Source: Isurus oxyrinchus (lineage: Eukaryota). Taken from it: 64,000 bases of DNA. Positions 1 through 13,320 of this stretch are shown piece after piece. The DNA lies in the NCBI GenBank assembly GCA_026770705.1, contig JANJGN010000146.1, positions 930,001 through 994,000 on the forward strand. The letters run 5' to 3'. Each line of letters starts with the position of its first letter. The stretch's first letter is position 1. Below the pieces are notes generated by a model that saw only the letters and a program-made list of their open reading frames with translations, made no database searches and was not told the origin of the DNA. The translations under genes were made by a program, and so were the position numbers.

Positions 1-829
1 CACTTAGCCCGCCAGCCCCCCTCACCCCACACCCCACACTTTGAAATGACATGCTTCAGTTACTGCTGCAGCAAGAGGAGGCCTTTGGATCACCTAAGGG
101 TGTCACAACACAGATGGAAGCCCTTAAAGCGTTAGTCTGTTTCTCTCTTCACAAAGGTAGCGAGGGCTGCTGATTATTCCCACATTTCACTTTTTTATTT
201 CAGTTCTGAGCACATTGGCTCCCCCCTCCCTCTCCTCTCCTGAACATACTTTTTCCGGATGTGTTCAGGGGGACATTTAAATTGACGAATTTCACTGAGA
301 CATAATTTGTGCAGTGGAAATAAACCTTTATTTGAAACGAGGAGACTCCCCACTCCGAGGTTCTGGGACTGGAATAAACACTGGAATAAAATCACAGAAA
401 GATTTTGAAAAGCTAACATCACTGACCTTTGAACCTCTGAAAACCACCCTGACATCTGCAGGTTAGTCCGAAATGTTTTGAACAAGGTTTCCCTGGGATA
501 CTGGAGACACTGCGGCATGTCCGCCCCTGGACTGTAACCTGCCCGATTGACCTTGTCCTCAAAGCCCCCTTTGTGCAATGACATGAAACTCGAGCCCGGT
601 GGGTGGGAATTTTACAACCCAGTCCCAAGGCGAACCGGACAGTTGCAATAGACAGAAAACCAGCAGGACAAACAGGACTGAGGTAAATTACTTCCCAAAT
701 GCAGCGTTTCAGGTAGTCACTGAATCCTGGCTGTGAAAGATGGAAACCAGCCTCACCCTGTGCTCATCACCGAGATGAAGAGATTGGGAAACAAACAGGT
801 TAAACTCATATTGAAAATGGAAATTCTTC

Positions 830-1707
830 TTACTGTTTAATAAATTTAACAATTACAGAAAAGGGATATTTCACCACATTCTTCAGCTCCTTTCTGAATT
901 GAGTCTGGGTCACTGCAGAAATAGCTAATTTGGTTCAACAACTCAGGAGCTGAAACATAAACCCCAGTTCGTGCACAAATTTAGGAAGATTTTCAGGAAT
1001 AGCACCTAACTAATATAGCCTATTACAAGCAGAATAGATCATAAAGATTGCCCACCACAGGATAAAATTCCCCGATATAGCAAACAGTAAAATGATGGAT
1101 TTCCTGTGTTTCTCCATCTCTGGGTCACTGGCATTCTCCCCAGTGCAGTGAACCCAGAGTCTCCTGCGGGCTGTGCTCGACACTAAAATATATCTGACAG
1201 TTAAAGCATTCAACACCAAAATAAAAACAAATGGTGCAAATAGAGTTAAAATATAATGAAAAAAATCGATTGCACCAGTCACTAATGTGCAAAACCAAGG
1301 AGCGTTGGGAATTGCATACTGACCTTCATACATAAAGTACCAGCAAGTGCTCTTCACACAGAACAGCAGACTGACTGTTCTGAGAACAATAGCCGCCGTA
1401 TGCTCGGTGCAATAATTTGTTTTCAACTTGTGGGAATAATTGGCCAGAAATCTATCAAAGGGGAAAGAGTCTGTGAACCAGACAGAACAATCTGTGGCTG
1501 CATAAAGCAGGACTGCATGGATAATATACACTGTAATCCTCCATATGAACGGAAACTGAGCCCAGTAACGAATAGCAATTTGCCTGAATATGAGATCAAG
1601 AATAACGACGAGTAGATCCGCAGTTGCCATGGACACCAGGTAACGGGAAACACTTTTTGACAGACCGCACCTTCCCCGAGACCGGGTCACAATAGTCAAT
1701 AAGTTCA
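830..1707 (-). pseudogene. GPR139-like class A GPCR gene 1, exon 2 (pseudogene)
   Basis: Acceptor ...ccttacag|TG AAC at 1707. Encodes NLLTIV..RGRCGLS..YLVSMATADLL..FDRFLA..DPEMEKHRKS..TQFRKELKNVVKYPF, natural stop at 830-832. In-frame TAG at 1010-1012 and a later TGA in TM7. Apparent in-frame deletion in ECL2 relative to genes 2 and 3. Confidence 0.92.
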
Positions 1708-2619
1708 CTGTAAGGAAGAGAAAGACAGGAAATTTATTGATTAACTTAGAGCAACTTTTGCAGACTGAAATTTGAAGAGTTATCCAAGGTTAGAATCTAA
1801 TTACTATACCAGTGTTTGAACTTTCCGCTGGAGGGATGGTTTCAAGTTAAACACCATCCTGTTGTAACAGGAAACCAAATGCAGCAGCAGGTCCCAGCGC
1901 CATTTCCTGACCTTATTTATGGGGTTCGGAGTGAAAATCACTCATCCCATTACTAGTCCTGCTCAATATCCCATGAACATGCTCCAAACTGCATGCACGA
2001 ACATTGGAAAATCATTTATAGGATGGGCTACGATTTGTACTGAAGGAAAATGGTTCATGTTTTATTTGACAAGGCAGCTGAGTGGAATAATAAGGCTGTG
2101 TAAAGAAGTAAATACAGATTTGAATTCATTCATAAATTGTCCTTCAAATCAGGATATCCGAATTTGTCTTCCTGATAATTATTGCTCTCCCAAAAGCCAC
2201 AATGAACCCTGAGACTGTACCCCAGTAACACACACACTCTCGAAAAGAACAAACGAACAGGTTAGGTAAATGGATCGCTAAAGTGAAGAAAATAAATTAG
2301 AATTTGAATCAGAACTGGATACTGGCGAACAGAAAGGAGCAGCGGAGAGTGACAGCATCCCAAATTCAGGTTGGTAAGCAGGAGAGATTTTACCAATGGA
2401 TCGGATGTGTGTGTTTTGGACCAGGAAATAAATGGGCCAGTGGTTGGGATTTGAGGTTGTTACATAGGAATGCAGGAACTAGGAGCAAGAGCAAGCCAGT
2501 TGTTCCCTAAGGCCAAGTCTAATGTAGACTAAGCCTATGGCCTTTTTTCGACCTCTACTTTTCAACACTGTCCTCATTTACATTGATGGCCTTAGAGCCC
2601 AAAGATCTGTCGACCATTT

Positions 2620-2950
2620 TCTTGACTGTATCGAAACCAACAGCCGTAGAGATTTGATAATGCCAAAGATTCTCCACTTTCTGAGAGAACAAGATTCTCC
2701 CCATCTCAATCCTAAATGGCCAACAGCTTGTTCTCAGGCTATGGGCTCGAGTTCTGGACTCCCCAGCTAAGGAAAACATTCTCTCAGCATTTACCCAATG
2801 AGGAGACTAAATAATTTTCTATGACTCGATGAGATAATCACCCATCCTCTAACTTAAAGAAAATGCACGTCTAATTTGATTGATTGATTGATTAGATACG
2901 TATAATGTTCAGTAGGCAAGGAGACCAAAACTGTAAACATTAATCCATAT
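2620..2950 (-). mobile_element. Degenerate CR1-type LINE 3' remnant
   Basis: Minus strand reads like a CR1 ORF2 C-terminus (SRTRAHSL..PFRIEMGRILFSQKVENLW). Mirrored at about 62370-62690. Confidence 0.6.
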
Positions 2951-3114
2951 GGTTTCTCAACAATCACATGCATAATTCTATGAATAGGTTCCTTACTCGA
3001 AGACAGGGATCACTGCCATTTATTATCCTAATCACTTGCTGCAATATTGTATCCTATCCTCATTACAGCTTTGTTTCAAACATGGACAAAAGAGCTGAAC
3101 TCCCGAGAGAGTGG

Positions 3115-4260
3115 CTGCCCTTGACATCAAGGCAGCATTTGGCAGAGTGTAGCATCAAGGGGCCCTAGCAAACCGTGAGTCAATGGGAATCAGGGGGGAA
3201 ATATCTGCTGCTTCTAACCATATCTAGCACAATGGGAGATGGTTGTGGTTGTCGGAGGTCTGTCATCTCAGCTCTAGCAATTCACTGCAGGTTTTCTTTA
3301 GGGTAGTGTTCTCGGTCCAACATGTTCAGCTGCTTCATCAATGACCTTCCTTCCATCATATGGTCAGAAGTGGCATGTTCGCTGATGATTGCACAATGTT
3401 AAGTAGCATTAACGACTCCTCAGGTACTGAAGCAGCCCATGTCTAAATGCAGCAAGACCTGGACAATACAAAGGCTTGCACGGACAAGTGGCAAGTAATT
3501 TGTGCACCGCTCAATTGTCGGGCAATGTCCATCTCCAACAAGGGAGAACCCAATCATCGCCCTTTGTCATTCAATGGCATTCCCATCAATGAATCCCCAG
3601 TATCAAACGCTGGGGTTTGCCATTGACCAGAAACGGAATTGAATGAGCCATCTAAATTCTATGGCTACAAGAGCAGGTCAGAGGCTAGGAATAGTGCGAT
3701 GCGTAACTCACCTCCTGATTTTCCACAGCCTGTCCACCATCTGCAAGGCACAAGTCAGGAGTGTGGTGGAATGCTCCTCGCTTGATTGAATGGGTGCAGC
3801 ATCCAAAGCACTCAAGAAGCTTGACACCATTCAGGGCAACCGTTGTTTTGGCAGCACGTCCAAAAACATTCACTCCCTCCACCACCATCGCACATAGCAG
3901 CAGTGTGTACCATCTACAAGATGAACTGCAGGAAATCACCAAGGCTCCTTCGGCTGCACATTTCAAACCCTGACCACTGCCATCTAGAAAGACACAATCA
4001 GCAGTCAGATGTGAACACCGCCAGATGGATGTGCCCCTCCAAATCACTCGCCTTCCTGACTTGGAATTATATCGCCATTCCTTCACTATTGCTGGGCCAA
4101 AATCCTGGAAATCCCTTCTGAACAGCACTTTTGGTGTAGATACACCACATGGACTGTAGCAGTTCAAGAAGGCAGAACACCACCGCCTTTTCAAGGGCAA
4201 CTAGTGATATGTAATAAATGTTGGCCCAGCCAACGAAACCCATTTCACATGATTGGATAA
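3115..4260 (+). mobile_element. CR1/L2-group LINE, 5'-truncated RT and 3' tail
   Basis: LDIKAAF.RV.H at about 3120, QGSVLGP..F..FINDL, MFADD at 3376, with stops and frameshifts. Ends in the caagggcaa..aataaatg..ggcc..agc tail. Confidence 0.88.
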
Positions 4261-5659
4261 TAATAAAATATATTGCATGTTAGCTTTCTCTAGTTTGTGT
4301 AACTGAGCACCCAAGTTATGAAAATTTACAATTACAGGTGTCTCACCTGTTGAAACGCTGGATGAGGATAGAATGCAACTCGTCTGTGTTACTATCTCAG
4401 GGAAACTAAAGATTATTGTGCAATATTAACACAGGACAGTGATGTGTGTAAATTAAAGCGAAAGATAATTCATAAAATTAATGGTCCTGGCCTCCCATTT
4501 GGTGGTGATACTCGGATGATCAGCGTTGATTGTAAATATAATTAAAGCCCTATTTTTTTCCACCCTTGCAGCATGTTTTTCTTGCCCACGTAGTGGGGTG
4601 GGGGAGATGAGGTTTGCATGAGGTGCGAGGATGTCGGGGTGGTTAGTAGTTGTTTTGGGGATGGGCGAGTAGTTAACGGGCTTTGCAGTCGGTTGGGGGC
4701 GAATGGATGGGCGATGGCTAGTGAGAGGTGTGCAAGTGGGTCGAGGGGAAGGCATTCGGGTCAGATTGCGCATTCTGGGGTGAGTAGTTGGGGGGTGATG
4801 TGTTTTTTTTCGTGTGGGCTGAATGTGGGAGGTCTGTGCGTGGGGGTTGGGCGTGCATGGGCTGCGCCCCACAGTTATTCACTGACACATGCTAGAAATT
4901 AACACCGGGAAAATTCTAGGGCAAGCATGTGTCACACAGCAGGCACAAGAGTCCAAAACTGAAGTCAGTTTTGGGGTCATTGTTAGAGGGGCCCGGGTAG
5001 TACAGATATGCGTATCAGAAGTTTAAAGTTCGCGGATAATTACCATGTATGCTCCTGGATCAAGATTTCTGATGGGTCCTGATGTGCAGAGCGGCAGACA
5101 TTTCAATATTTACCACTGTTGGCATCGGGCGATCCAGGTTAATGATGCAATCAGAATCAAATTCACCACAATGGACTCCAGACACCAGCTTCAGATAGAG
5201 GGAAATTACACAAGAGGGAAATGGAGACCAGGTCAAAGAAGGTTGGCGAAGGGGGAATAACAAAAAAGAACACATGTTAAGAATTATCTTGAAGGATGAT
5301 AAGTTTGTAGCGACGACAACAGATTTAGGAGGTAATTCAGAACATGAAAGTCTTAATATTTCACTGTGGCCACCCATGCCAAAGGCTGCAGACATGTCGA
5401 GAAGAGGAAGGAGAGGGGTTTTGACATTAGCATAGTCACTTAAGATAGAATTTGTGCCTTTGCTAAGGACGGTGTAAGAGTTGTAATAAGGGAGAAAAAT
5501 GGTTAGAAGGATTTAAGCATGGTGTCCCTGGAAGGTGGGGCGGAAACGTGGGGGGGGTAGCAGCAGGGACAAGGAATTTGCAGAGGAAAGAGATCTTAGA
5601 GATGGAGTGTTTGCTTACAAGGACTGAGGCATCAGGGGTTGTTTATTTACAAGAGCAGG

Positions 5660-6340
5660 GGTGATGGCGACAGATTGGAGCAGGAGAAGAACAGTGGCTA
5701 AGCAGATGGAACTATTAACTGTATCAGCAACTGAGGAACATGTTGAAGAAGTTCAATGTTCAGCAGTTTGGTGGGAGTGCACTGAACCAGTCCCCACCAG
5801 CAGCCACCCCTCCGCCCAACCCCCACAGCACGCCTCCCACCAAACCAATCAAAAGCTTGGAAATCTCACGCATGAAAAATGATGGAACGCTCACTACTCA
5901 TCGGTATGGGTATCACAGCAACACACAATAAGCAGAATCACCTTCAAAAATGGAATAGATTTTCCATCAGTGACCGTTCATCATTAAACTCGATATTTCA
6001 CCGCCTCCACCTTTGTGGATGCAGCGAGAATCTCTACATAATCAACAACAACAAAACACCGGGCCTACTTCGACAACACGTACCAGCACAGCAAAATGCA
6101 GAAGGTGTGCGCAAGATTCACCTTCTCTAACGTACCATCCTGACTTGGACCGATAACCTCTCCCTTCATCAGAATTCTGGAATTCCATAATACCAGGTAG
6201 GAGCACCGTCAGCAGAGGGAATAGTTCAGCTCAGCAAGAAGACCCAGCAACAGCTTCTCAGCTCACCTCCGGCTGGGTAATAAACGGAACTTTGTCACAA
6301 GCATCCATGTCCCAAGAACACATTTTGAAAATAAAAACCT
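5660..6340 (+). mobile_element. Older, decayed LINE 3' fragment
   Basis: Contains catcctgacttgga...aataaa 3' tail segments similar to the LINE at 3115-4260. Mirrored at about 58970-59660. Confidence 0.55.
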
Positions 6341-6998
6341 GTGGGAGGGGGATAATGACTTACAGATCTGAATAAAGTAATGCAGAGACAAGCGAAGGAA
6401 ATTAGGTCTGTTGAAAGAAATGGGAACGGAGCCAATTGTTGGTGAGGGGAGCAAGTATTGTTGAACAATTATTACATTTTATACCCTGTCCTAAAAATAT
6501 AGATTTTGTGACTGTTAGGCAAAGCGGGAAATGGTGGAATACAAGTTGCTTGGAGCTGAATCATTCTTGGAGATTCTCTCTTGTTCCTGCCTGCTCCGAT
6601 TGCCACAGATCAGTGCAAATTACAACCTCCAACAGACCGCAAAACCAATACCTGCAAAATATATTTCATCTGTGATATTGGGTTTCAGTTCAAAGAGCAG
6701 ACTGCAGCTGTTCAATATCTATAATCCATCGCTAATATTTATTGCGTAAAATATTCAACCAGCCAAATTATGCAGAAAAAAATCAATTGAAGCAAGTCGT
6801 GAGATATAAAAATGGTCCATGGAACAGCGAACATGGAATCAACAACTGGTGAAATGCTACTTGACAGAAACATAGGGTATCACATGCCACACGACGCAAA
6901 AATTACAGAGAATAAATTAATTAGCTCGCATAAAGCACAAGGACAGCAAACACAGTGAAAGATGTTTTATAAAATACATTTCTAAAATAATCACTCAC

Positions 6999-7095
6999 CA
7001 GGAATACCAACAGCAGCGAGGAGTGGTTAGTAAATCCTTTGTAAATTATAAATTACCCACAGGATCCGAATTTCAGCTGGAATATTCCAAAACAT
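6999..7095 (-). pseudogene. GPR139-like GPCR gene 1, exon 1 (pseudogene)
   Basis: 97-nt phase-1 exon MFWNIPAEIRILWVIYNLQRIY*PLLAAVGIP G|gtgagt. In-frame TAA at 7027-7029 where the paralog at 58208 has TAT. Confidence 0.92.
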
Positions 7096-7188
7096 GATCT
7101 CATTTTCTGTGAGATCTAATGATCGCCTTTAATATTGGGGGCCACTATACTCTTTCAAGCACTGATGTACAGAGTGAACACATTGCCT

Positions 7189-7252
7189 AGATATAGGCAG
7201 AGAAGAGTCTCCAGTGATTCAATTTAACCATACACTGGCTGACATTAAGTAC
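7189..7252 (-). promoter_or_regulatory. Gene 1 proximal promoter module (degenerate HD-18-HD-2-O/E-12-TATA)
   Basis: Minus strand: TACTTAAT-18 nt-AAATTG-aa-TCACTGGAGA-12 nt-TATATCT. Further upstream are a CRE TGACGTCA (7366-7373) and a full O/E-type site TCCCAGGGGA (7536-7545). Confidence 0.6.
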
Positions 7253-7964
7253 AGTCACTTAACAAACAAGATGCCTTAACCCTTTCATTCCATCAATTTC
7301 TATGGAAAAATATAATAAAAACAACATGGCATTCCTGTAAAGATAATTCATTCAAAGCAAGCACATGACGTCAGCCACTTTCGTGAGAAACAGATTATGG
7401 AAGCTTGCAGGCTTGCAGCACACCTTGAGAAATAAATAGATTCAAATGCAGAGTTCTGATTGTTTTGGTGATAAAAATTCTGCCCAGCAATTTCAAGTTA
7501 TCAATTCATTTCTCAGGCGATGAAAATAACACAAGTCCCAGGGGATGGTCAGAAGCAGTAACAGTCCTAAAGGATGTATGGTTGATGATCATCCCGTGAT
7601 CAGAAAGTAAAAAGTGAACTGATAATTTGAAACTTATGTCTGGTCTAACACTAAACGTATAAGTGATACCTCCGAGTGACACTTATTATGGAAATGATAA
7701 AACAGTTTAACTTGAAAACTGGCCTTGCAAATGATACCCCGGGGTAACAAAAACCATGTAATTGAAATCCATGGAATATTAGTGCCCATGTAGAAAACGG
7801 ACAATCTAAAATGACCTTGTGCCTGACACCACAGACTTACAGTGATCACATAACTGATACCTAGTTGCACAGTGCTCATTTAAATGATACCGAAATCCAG
7901 CAGTGGGTGTTTTACAGATAGTCATCAAACGGTTACCATGGGATTGAAACCTGATGTTCTGCTG

Positions 7965-8310
7965 GCCTTGTATCCGACACTCCGATCTAACAGTGACCTT
8001 GTAACCAATGTCCCGATCCACAATTTACCTTATACCAGCAGTCTGTTCTAATCGCCACCTTGTAACTGATAATCCAGCCTAACAGTGGCCTTGTAACTGG
8101 TATCATGATCTAACATTGGCCATGTAATTAATAGTCCAGTCCAGCAGTGACATTTTAACTGATAATTGAATCTAACGGTGACTTTGTACCGGATGTCCCA
8201 ATTTAACCCTGATCATTTATTTGAGGCTCTGGCTGACAATGACCTGGTGACTGATATCCCAGTTTAATAGTGACTTTTTACCCGATCCTACGGCCTGAAA
8301 TTGACCTTTT
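7965..8310. repeat. Degenerate ~31-bp minisatellite (about 11 copies)
   Basis: Unit approximately CTTGTAACTGATAATCCAGCCTAACAGTGGC. An inverted counterpart lies at about 57090-57325. Confidence 0.75.
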
Positions 8311-8855
8311 GTTACGTTAGTGTCATTGTTCAGATGTGTTTTCTTCAATGTAATCTTTAGTTTTGGAAATTAGAGATTTAACTGATGGCAGTGGGTACAT
8401 CTGGTGACGAAACTGGCAAATGCAGCCCTAAATTTAATGCAATGGAAACAGCCTTGGAGTTTATTATTCTTAGAAGGTTGGAGCCATGTTGACTTAAGAT
8501 TTAACAGCCAGGAAGTTAAGGCCTTCATACTGCAGGTGGTCTTAATTAGCTAAGGAACAGGAACAGGACGTCTTAGTTATTCCAATGAATTAAAAGCTAT
8601 TTATGTGGTTTACCAGAATTAAGGAAAGTATTGGAATTAACGGATAATTATGTTGCCATTCTACACGGTAACAGACCATGTGTGTCATGTTTATGTGAAG
8701 ATATCTGGAGCTCAGATGAGAGTTTAGAAAAAGATGGAGTGCAAAAATATATTTGTGATCAAAATTCAGTTCAAGTTCGCGGTGTTTGCTTCAAGAATTA
8801 AAACTTTTGTCAGCTGTAGGGATTTCATACTCTCTCAACCACATGGCCTCACAGT

Positions 8856-8880
8856 CACACACATGCAAACGTGTGTGTGC

Positions 8881-8940
<60 letters not shown>
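8856..8940. repeat. (CA)n microsatellite, followed by CA-rich low-complexity DNA to about 9320
   Basis: Pure acacac run at about 8887-8932. Confidence 0.95.
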
Positions 8941-8941
<1 letters not shown>

Positions 8942-9394
8942 ACAGATACAAATGCAGATATACACAACCCCATAAGCAGACTCATGTTGGACATGTAAAC
9001 ATATGCATGAATATGTTCATTACTATCCTGCAACGAACACAAAAATATAGATCTAAAGACACACTATCATGCACAGTAATGCAAATACATAGGCATTTCC
9101 ATACACACATTAACAAATTGACACACGGGCACTTAGATGAACAGGCAATAACATTTTCACAAACACAACAAGAAACGACGATGAATATATTTACACACCT
9201 ACAATAACACAAACACATAGAAACACACATTTTAGTACACATGGACAACTAAACAGATATAAACACATAGTTATAAACATCCATCAACACATAAAGGCAC
9301 GCCGTAACATATTCACACGCTCATGCAGGCAAAATTATTAACATAGCAAACAGAGACCCTAAAAAGTCAAAATATCAGATACATTAACAAGCAA

Positions 9395-10570
9395 GGACGG
9401 AAACAAACGCAAAAATAGCTGGAAAACTCCACAGGTCTGACAGCATCTGCGGAGAGGATCACAGTTAACGTTTCGAGTCCGCATGAATCTTCATCAGAAT
9501 TAAGGAAAATAGGAATGAGGTGAAATATAAACTGGTTGAAGGGGTAGGGACAGGTAGAGCTGGATAGAGGGCCAGTGATAGGTGGAGGCAAAGAAGAGAT
9601 TGCCAAAGACGTCATAGGCAAAAGGACAAATGAATGTTAATGGTGGTGATGTTAGCAAAGGAACATGCTAATGGTGCTATTAAGGGTAGAAAGCAGGACG
9701 AGCAAGTGACAGATAGCCTCCGTGGGACTGTGGTGGGGGAAAGGGATCGAAATAGGCTAAAAGGTGGAGGTAAAACAATGAGTGGAAATTAAATTAAAAA
9801 TATTAGAAATAGGTGGAAAAAGAAAAACATATTAAAAAATATTTTTTTAAATTATAAAGTATTGCAAATATTGGGCTATACGCAGACACCCATCTCTCCG
9901 CAAGCATGACTCAGACCTCCTGGTCACTTGCCATTTCAACTCACCACCCTGCTTTCATGCCCACATGTCCGTCCTTGGCCTGCTGCAATGTTCTGGGAAG
10001 GTCAACGCAAACTGGTGGAACAGCACCTCATCTTCTGATTAGGCACTTTACCGACTTCCAGACTTAACATTGATTTCAACAACTTCAGATCATCAATTTT
10101 CTCCTCCATCCCCACCCCCTTTCTGATCCCCTATTTCCAAAAATTTACAATTTTTAAAATATGATTTTTTAAAAATATTTTCCTTTTCCCACCTATTTCA
10201 ATTATTTTTAAATTTATTTCCATTCATTTTTTTCTTCACCTTTTAGCCTATTTCGGTCTCTTCCCCCCACCGCAACCCCGTCACATTTCCACCATCAACA
10301 CCCCTTTATCCTTTACTCGTTGACATCATTGGAAATCTCTTCTTTGCCGCCACCTATCATGGGCCCTCTATCCAGCTCTACCTATCCCAACCCCCTCAAC
10401 CAGCTTATATTTCACCTCATTTCTATTTTTCCTCAGTTCTGATGAAGAGTCATCCGGACTCATAACATTAACTCTATTCCCCTCTGCAGATGATGTCAGA
10501 CCTGCTGAGTTTTTGCAGCTATTCTTATTTTTGTTTCAGATTTGCAGCATCCACAGTATTTTGCTTTTAT
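9395..10570 (+). mobile_element. Penelope-like element (PLE) remnant with inverted pseudo-LTRs
   Basis: 9890-10090 encodes a decayed GIY-YIG endonuclease C-terminus (HFNSPP..HMSVLGLLQC..QRKL.EQHLIF.LGTL..LNIDFNNFR). 9395-9870 is an inverted copy of about 10135-10540. Confidence 0.82.
9464..9497 (-). ncRNA. Minimal hammerhead ribozyme core motif in PLE pseudo-LTR
   Basis: Minus strand CTGATGA-A-GATTC-ATGCG-GACTC-GAAAC-GTTAAC (CUGANGA, stem II, GAAAC, palindrome). The plus-strand copy at about 10439-10470 has GAAAC changed to ATAAC. Confidence 0.6.
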
Positions 10571-11029
10571 GGACGTAAACAAACTCTTTGACACAGGCAT
10601 TAATAAGTGAACATAAACATCAACGCATAAACAGGCACACTGATACACAAACATTTACAAATGAACAAACATACACAGGTGCGCCACACATAAATAAGCA
10701 TATCAACATTCATTCCACATCAACACACACATCAGCATTCATACAACATGGCACACAAACACAGTTAAATGCAGAGCACGAGACACCCCTGCATGCTATA
10801 CGCAAATATATATTTAAAAAAAAAACAAATGCCAGACGGAAGTCTATTTCAAGTGTCCTTTTTTAGCGGGCACATCTTCCAAAAATTTCTGGGAGCACAT
10901 AAAGACCCAGGAAACACACTGAAGCAATGTTCTGAATTATAAACTGATTTCAGTTAACTATGTGCCAAACATTACTACCACAAATAAATAAACAAGTTGA
11001 AAATTTACAAAGTTCAGAATCTCAGAATT

Positions 11030-12890
11030 AATAGCGATCAGTACCTACCATTAAAATAATTGTTATCAATTATTAAACGTCCTGCAATTTACTGCATAAT
11101 ATAATCCAATGATAGGCCGCACAAAATTGATCCAAAATGAACTGGTACCGAAGGGGGAAAAGACACTTTTTTCCAATACGGGCAGGATGAGGAAAGTAAA
11201 GTGAGAACAGCTGTGGGGTTAGTGACAGGCAGAGATTGCTGAGAGTCGCCAATTTATTACCAGATATGCACTGAAAATTTAATGAGAAGACAAATCAATA
11301 GTTTGAGGGAAATACAATAGATTTAATATATATTTTAAAAAGTAAGATGCCCTCGGATTCTAACAATGTAATTAAATTTCTTTGGTTATATTCCTGTAGA
11401 TTCCACAGAACGCATGTGGATTGAAGACAATGAGGATGATAACGGGAACGTCTGCACAACAGCTTCCACATCCATTGCCCTGTTCGTCCTGAGCATTTTC
11501 TACAGAACTGCCGTCACTCTAGTGAATGTGAGAAAATTGAATTTACTAACACGACAATCTGACAGAAGCAGTTTGAAAACTTTCTTAACGTTCCAACGAT
11601 TAAGCTCTATAACATAAATGCACCAGATCATAAACATCTGCTTCATTATATTCTCCCTCTTTTACAGATCAAGTGATCGTTTGAATTTCGGACCCCGTAG
11701 CTTTTCCTTTAATTCCAATTTAAAATATGTTCTCTTGGTCACTGTAAAAGTGAAATGTTCTCACTTTGTAATTCCCGATCTGTAACCGAACCTGCCACAG
11801 AATTTCTATTTTTCTGTTTGAAATGTGCGAGATGTTAATGGTCGTAATGAAACTGAAGCATCTAATTTCCATGGACTTAGAATTCCATTTGTCGTTAATT
11901 AACTTTTCTCGTTCCATTTTCACTATTGTTCCCTTCCCTTTCCGTTGAGCCGCTGTTTTCTCTTTCTGATCTATGTTTCCGTGGTACATACGGTTTACCA
12001 ACTCAGAGTGCATGTTCCCAATGTGACACTCAGGCATTATATTCATGTCTGTTAACCATAACATAAACTTTCATGTAAAATATTCTCTGAAATTGCTAAT
12101 GAATGTGGAATGAAAAGTGAACTAACTATGGCTTTGCTGAATTCCTTTTTCTGCGGTCCATCGACACTGCACCATTTTCCCTATTACACATTTCTCCCTA
12201 TTTCACCAGTCCTGTCTGGGATCTATTTGCCCAGAAGGCCCCAATGGGCCACCCATCGCCCCTTCCGTGCAAAGGGACCTTTAGCTCTGCCTGTTTCTGG
12301 CAATTGCCTGAGGCAGAATGATTGAATAGGGAGGGCCACCTTGATGATTTGACTCATACTCTGGGCGGTCACAGTCACATGTCAGGTAATTTTATACAGT
12401 AGCGTTCGGCTTCATCAGAGGCTGACGCATGACAGGATGTTGGATCAGAAATCTTCCTTTACACTGCCCTAGCCAACACTCCCATGGTTGGTACGGCCAG
12501 GGTCATAAGAGGGTTAAGATCCCTCTGCATTGTCCAATTAAACACTTTGAAGGCAGGGATGCCGCTGGCTAGATATATAACACAGGCATAATTGGGAGCA
12601 TTAACCAAGGGGCGATTCCAGAGACTCGAACGTGTCTGGCACTGATATATGATCGAGTAAAAATCCTGTAAATTATTACAGAGCTTTAGGTCTATTGCAC
12701 ATACCAGGGGGACAAAACCGCGAAAATGCCTAAAGACGGGGTTCCACGTGATGCAGCAAGTAAACATAAACATGGGGCTTGTTCCTTGATCCTAGGGCCT
12801 ATCGAATACTGAGACACTGGCTTCGAAGTATTTCTTAAATACATAAACAGGCATTACTCGCACCCCACCAAACCAATGCCTTTCTGTTAA
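11030..12890 (+). repeat. Old dispersed duplicate block, copy A (partner about 24190-25750)
   Basis: Colinear similarity, roughly 70% by eye, e.g. tttaaaatatgttctc..gtgaaatg at 11719 and 24465, and atggctttgctgaattcc at 12128 vs atgactttgctgaattca at 24871. Confidence 0.75.
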
Positions 12891-13134
12891 GAATATCTAC
12901 GGTCCACATTCCGGTAAATACACACTGACTGTCCACTTCCAACTTTTCTTTTAAATCCATTAGCCCTGTCATTCTCCCTTTTCATTCGATTGTGAACTGT
13001 TTCCCTGATCAGCTCATTCCCCTGATACCATCTCCCTGTTCTCACTGAGCATAACCCCAGGGATCCTCTCTGCCTGCTCCATTCCCTCTGATACAATCTC
13101 CCTGAACTAAATGAACATCACCCCACGGTTACGT

Positions 13135-13320
13135 AAACACAGAAAATGCTGCTAAATCTCAGCAGGCGGACAGCACCTGTGGAAGAAGGAATAGAGTTGA
13201 CGTTTCGAGTCTGTCTGATGAAACGTTATAGCTTTGTTTCTGTCTCCACAGATGCTGTCAGACCTGCAGAGTTTTCTGTGTTTCTTTCAGATTTCCAGCA
13301 TCTGCAGTTTTATTCTTTTA
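13135..13320. mobile_element. Short palindromic PLE-terminus derivative
   Basis: Two inverted copies of the PLE terminal segment (agcagg..acagca.ctgtgga / tccacagatgctgtcagacctgc), with a deleted centre. Confidence 0.65.

Larger units (their letters stand above)
1279..8815. repeat. Left arm of inverted segmental duplication (partner 56570-64000)
   Basis: Reverse-complement similarity followed by eye through exon 2, the whole intron, exon 1, the promoter and upstream DNA, e.g. 8461-8560 vs 56821-56930 and 8780-8815 vs 56570-56610. Confidence 0.93.

Noticed and set aside
195-628. Overlapping minus-strand ORFs of 129 and 69 aa
   Set aside because: No recognisable domain. They lie just 3' of the gene 1 pseudogene and are probably chance ORFs.
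8734-9248. ORFs with HTHTHT and CVCVCV runs
   Set aside because: Translation of the (CA)n microsatellite.
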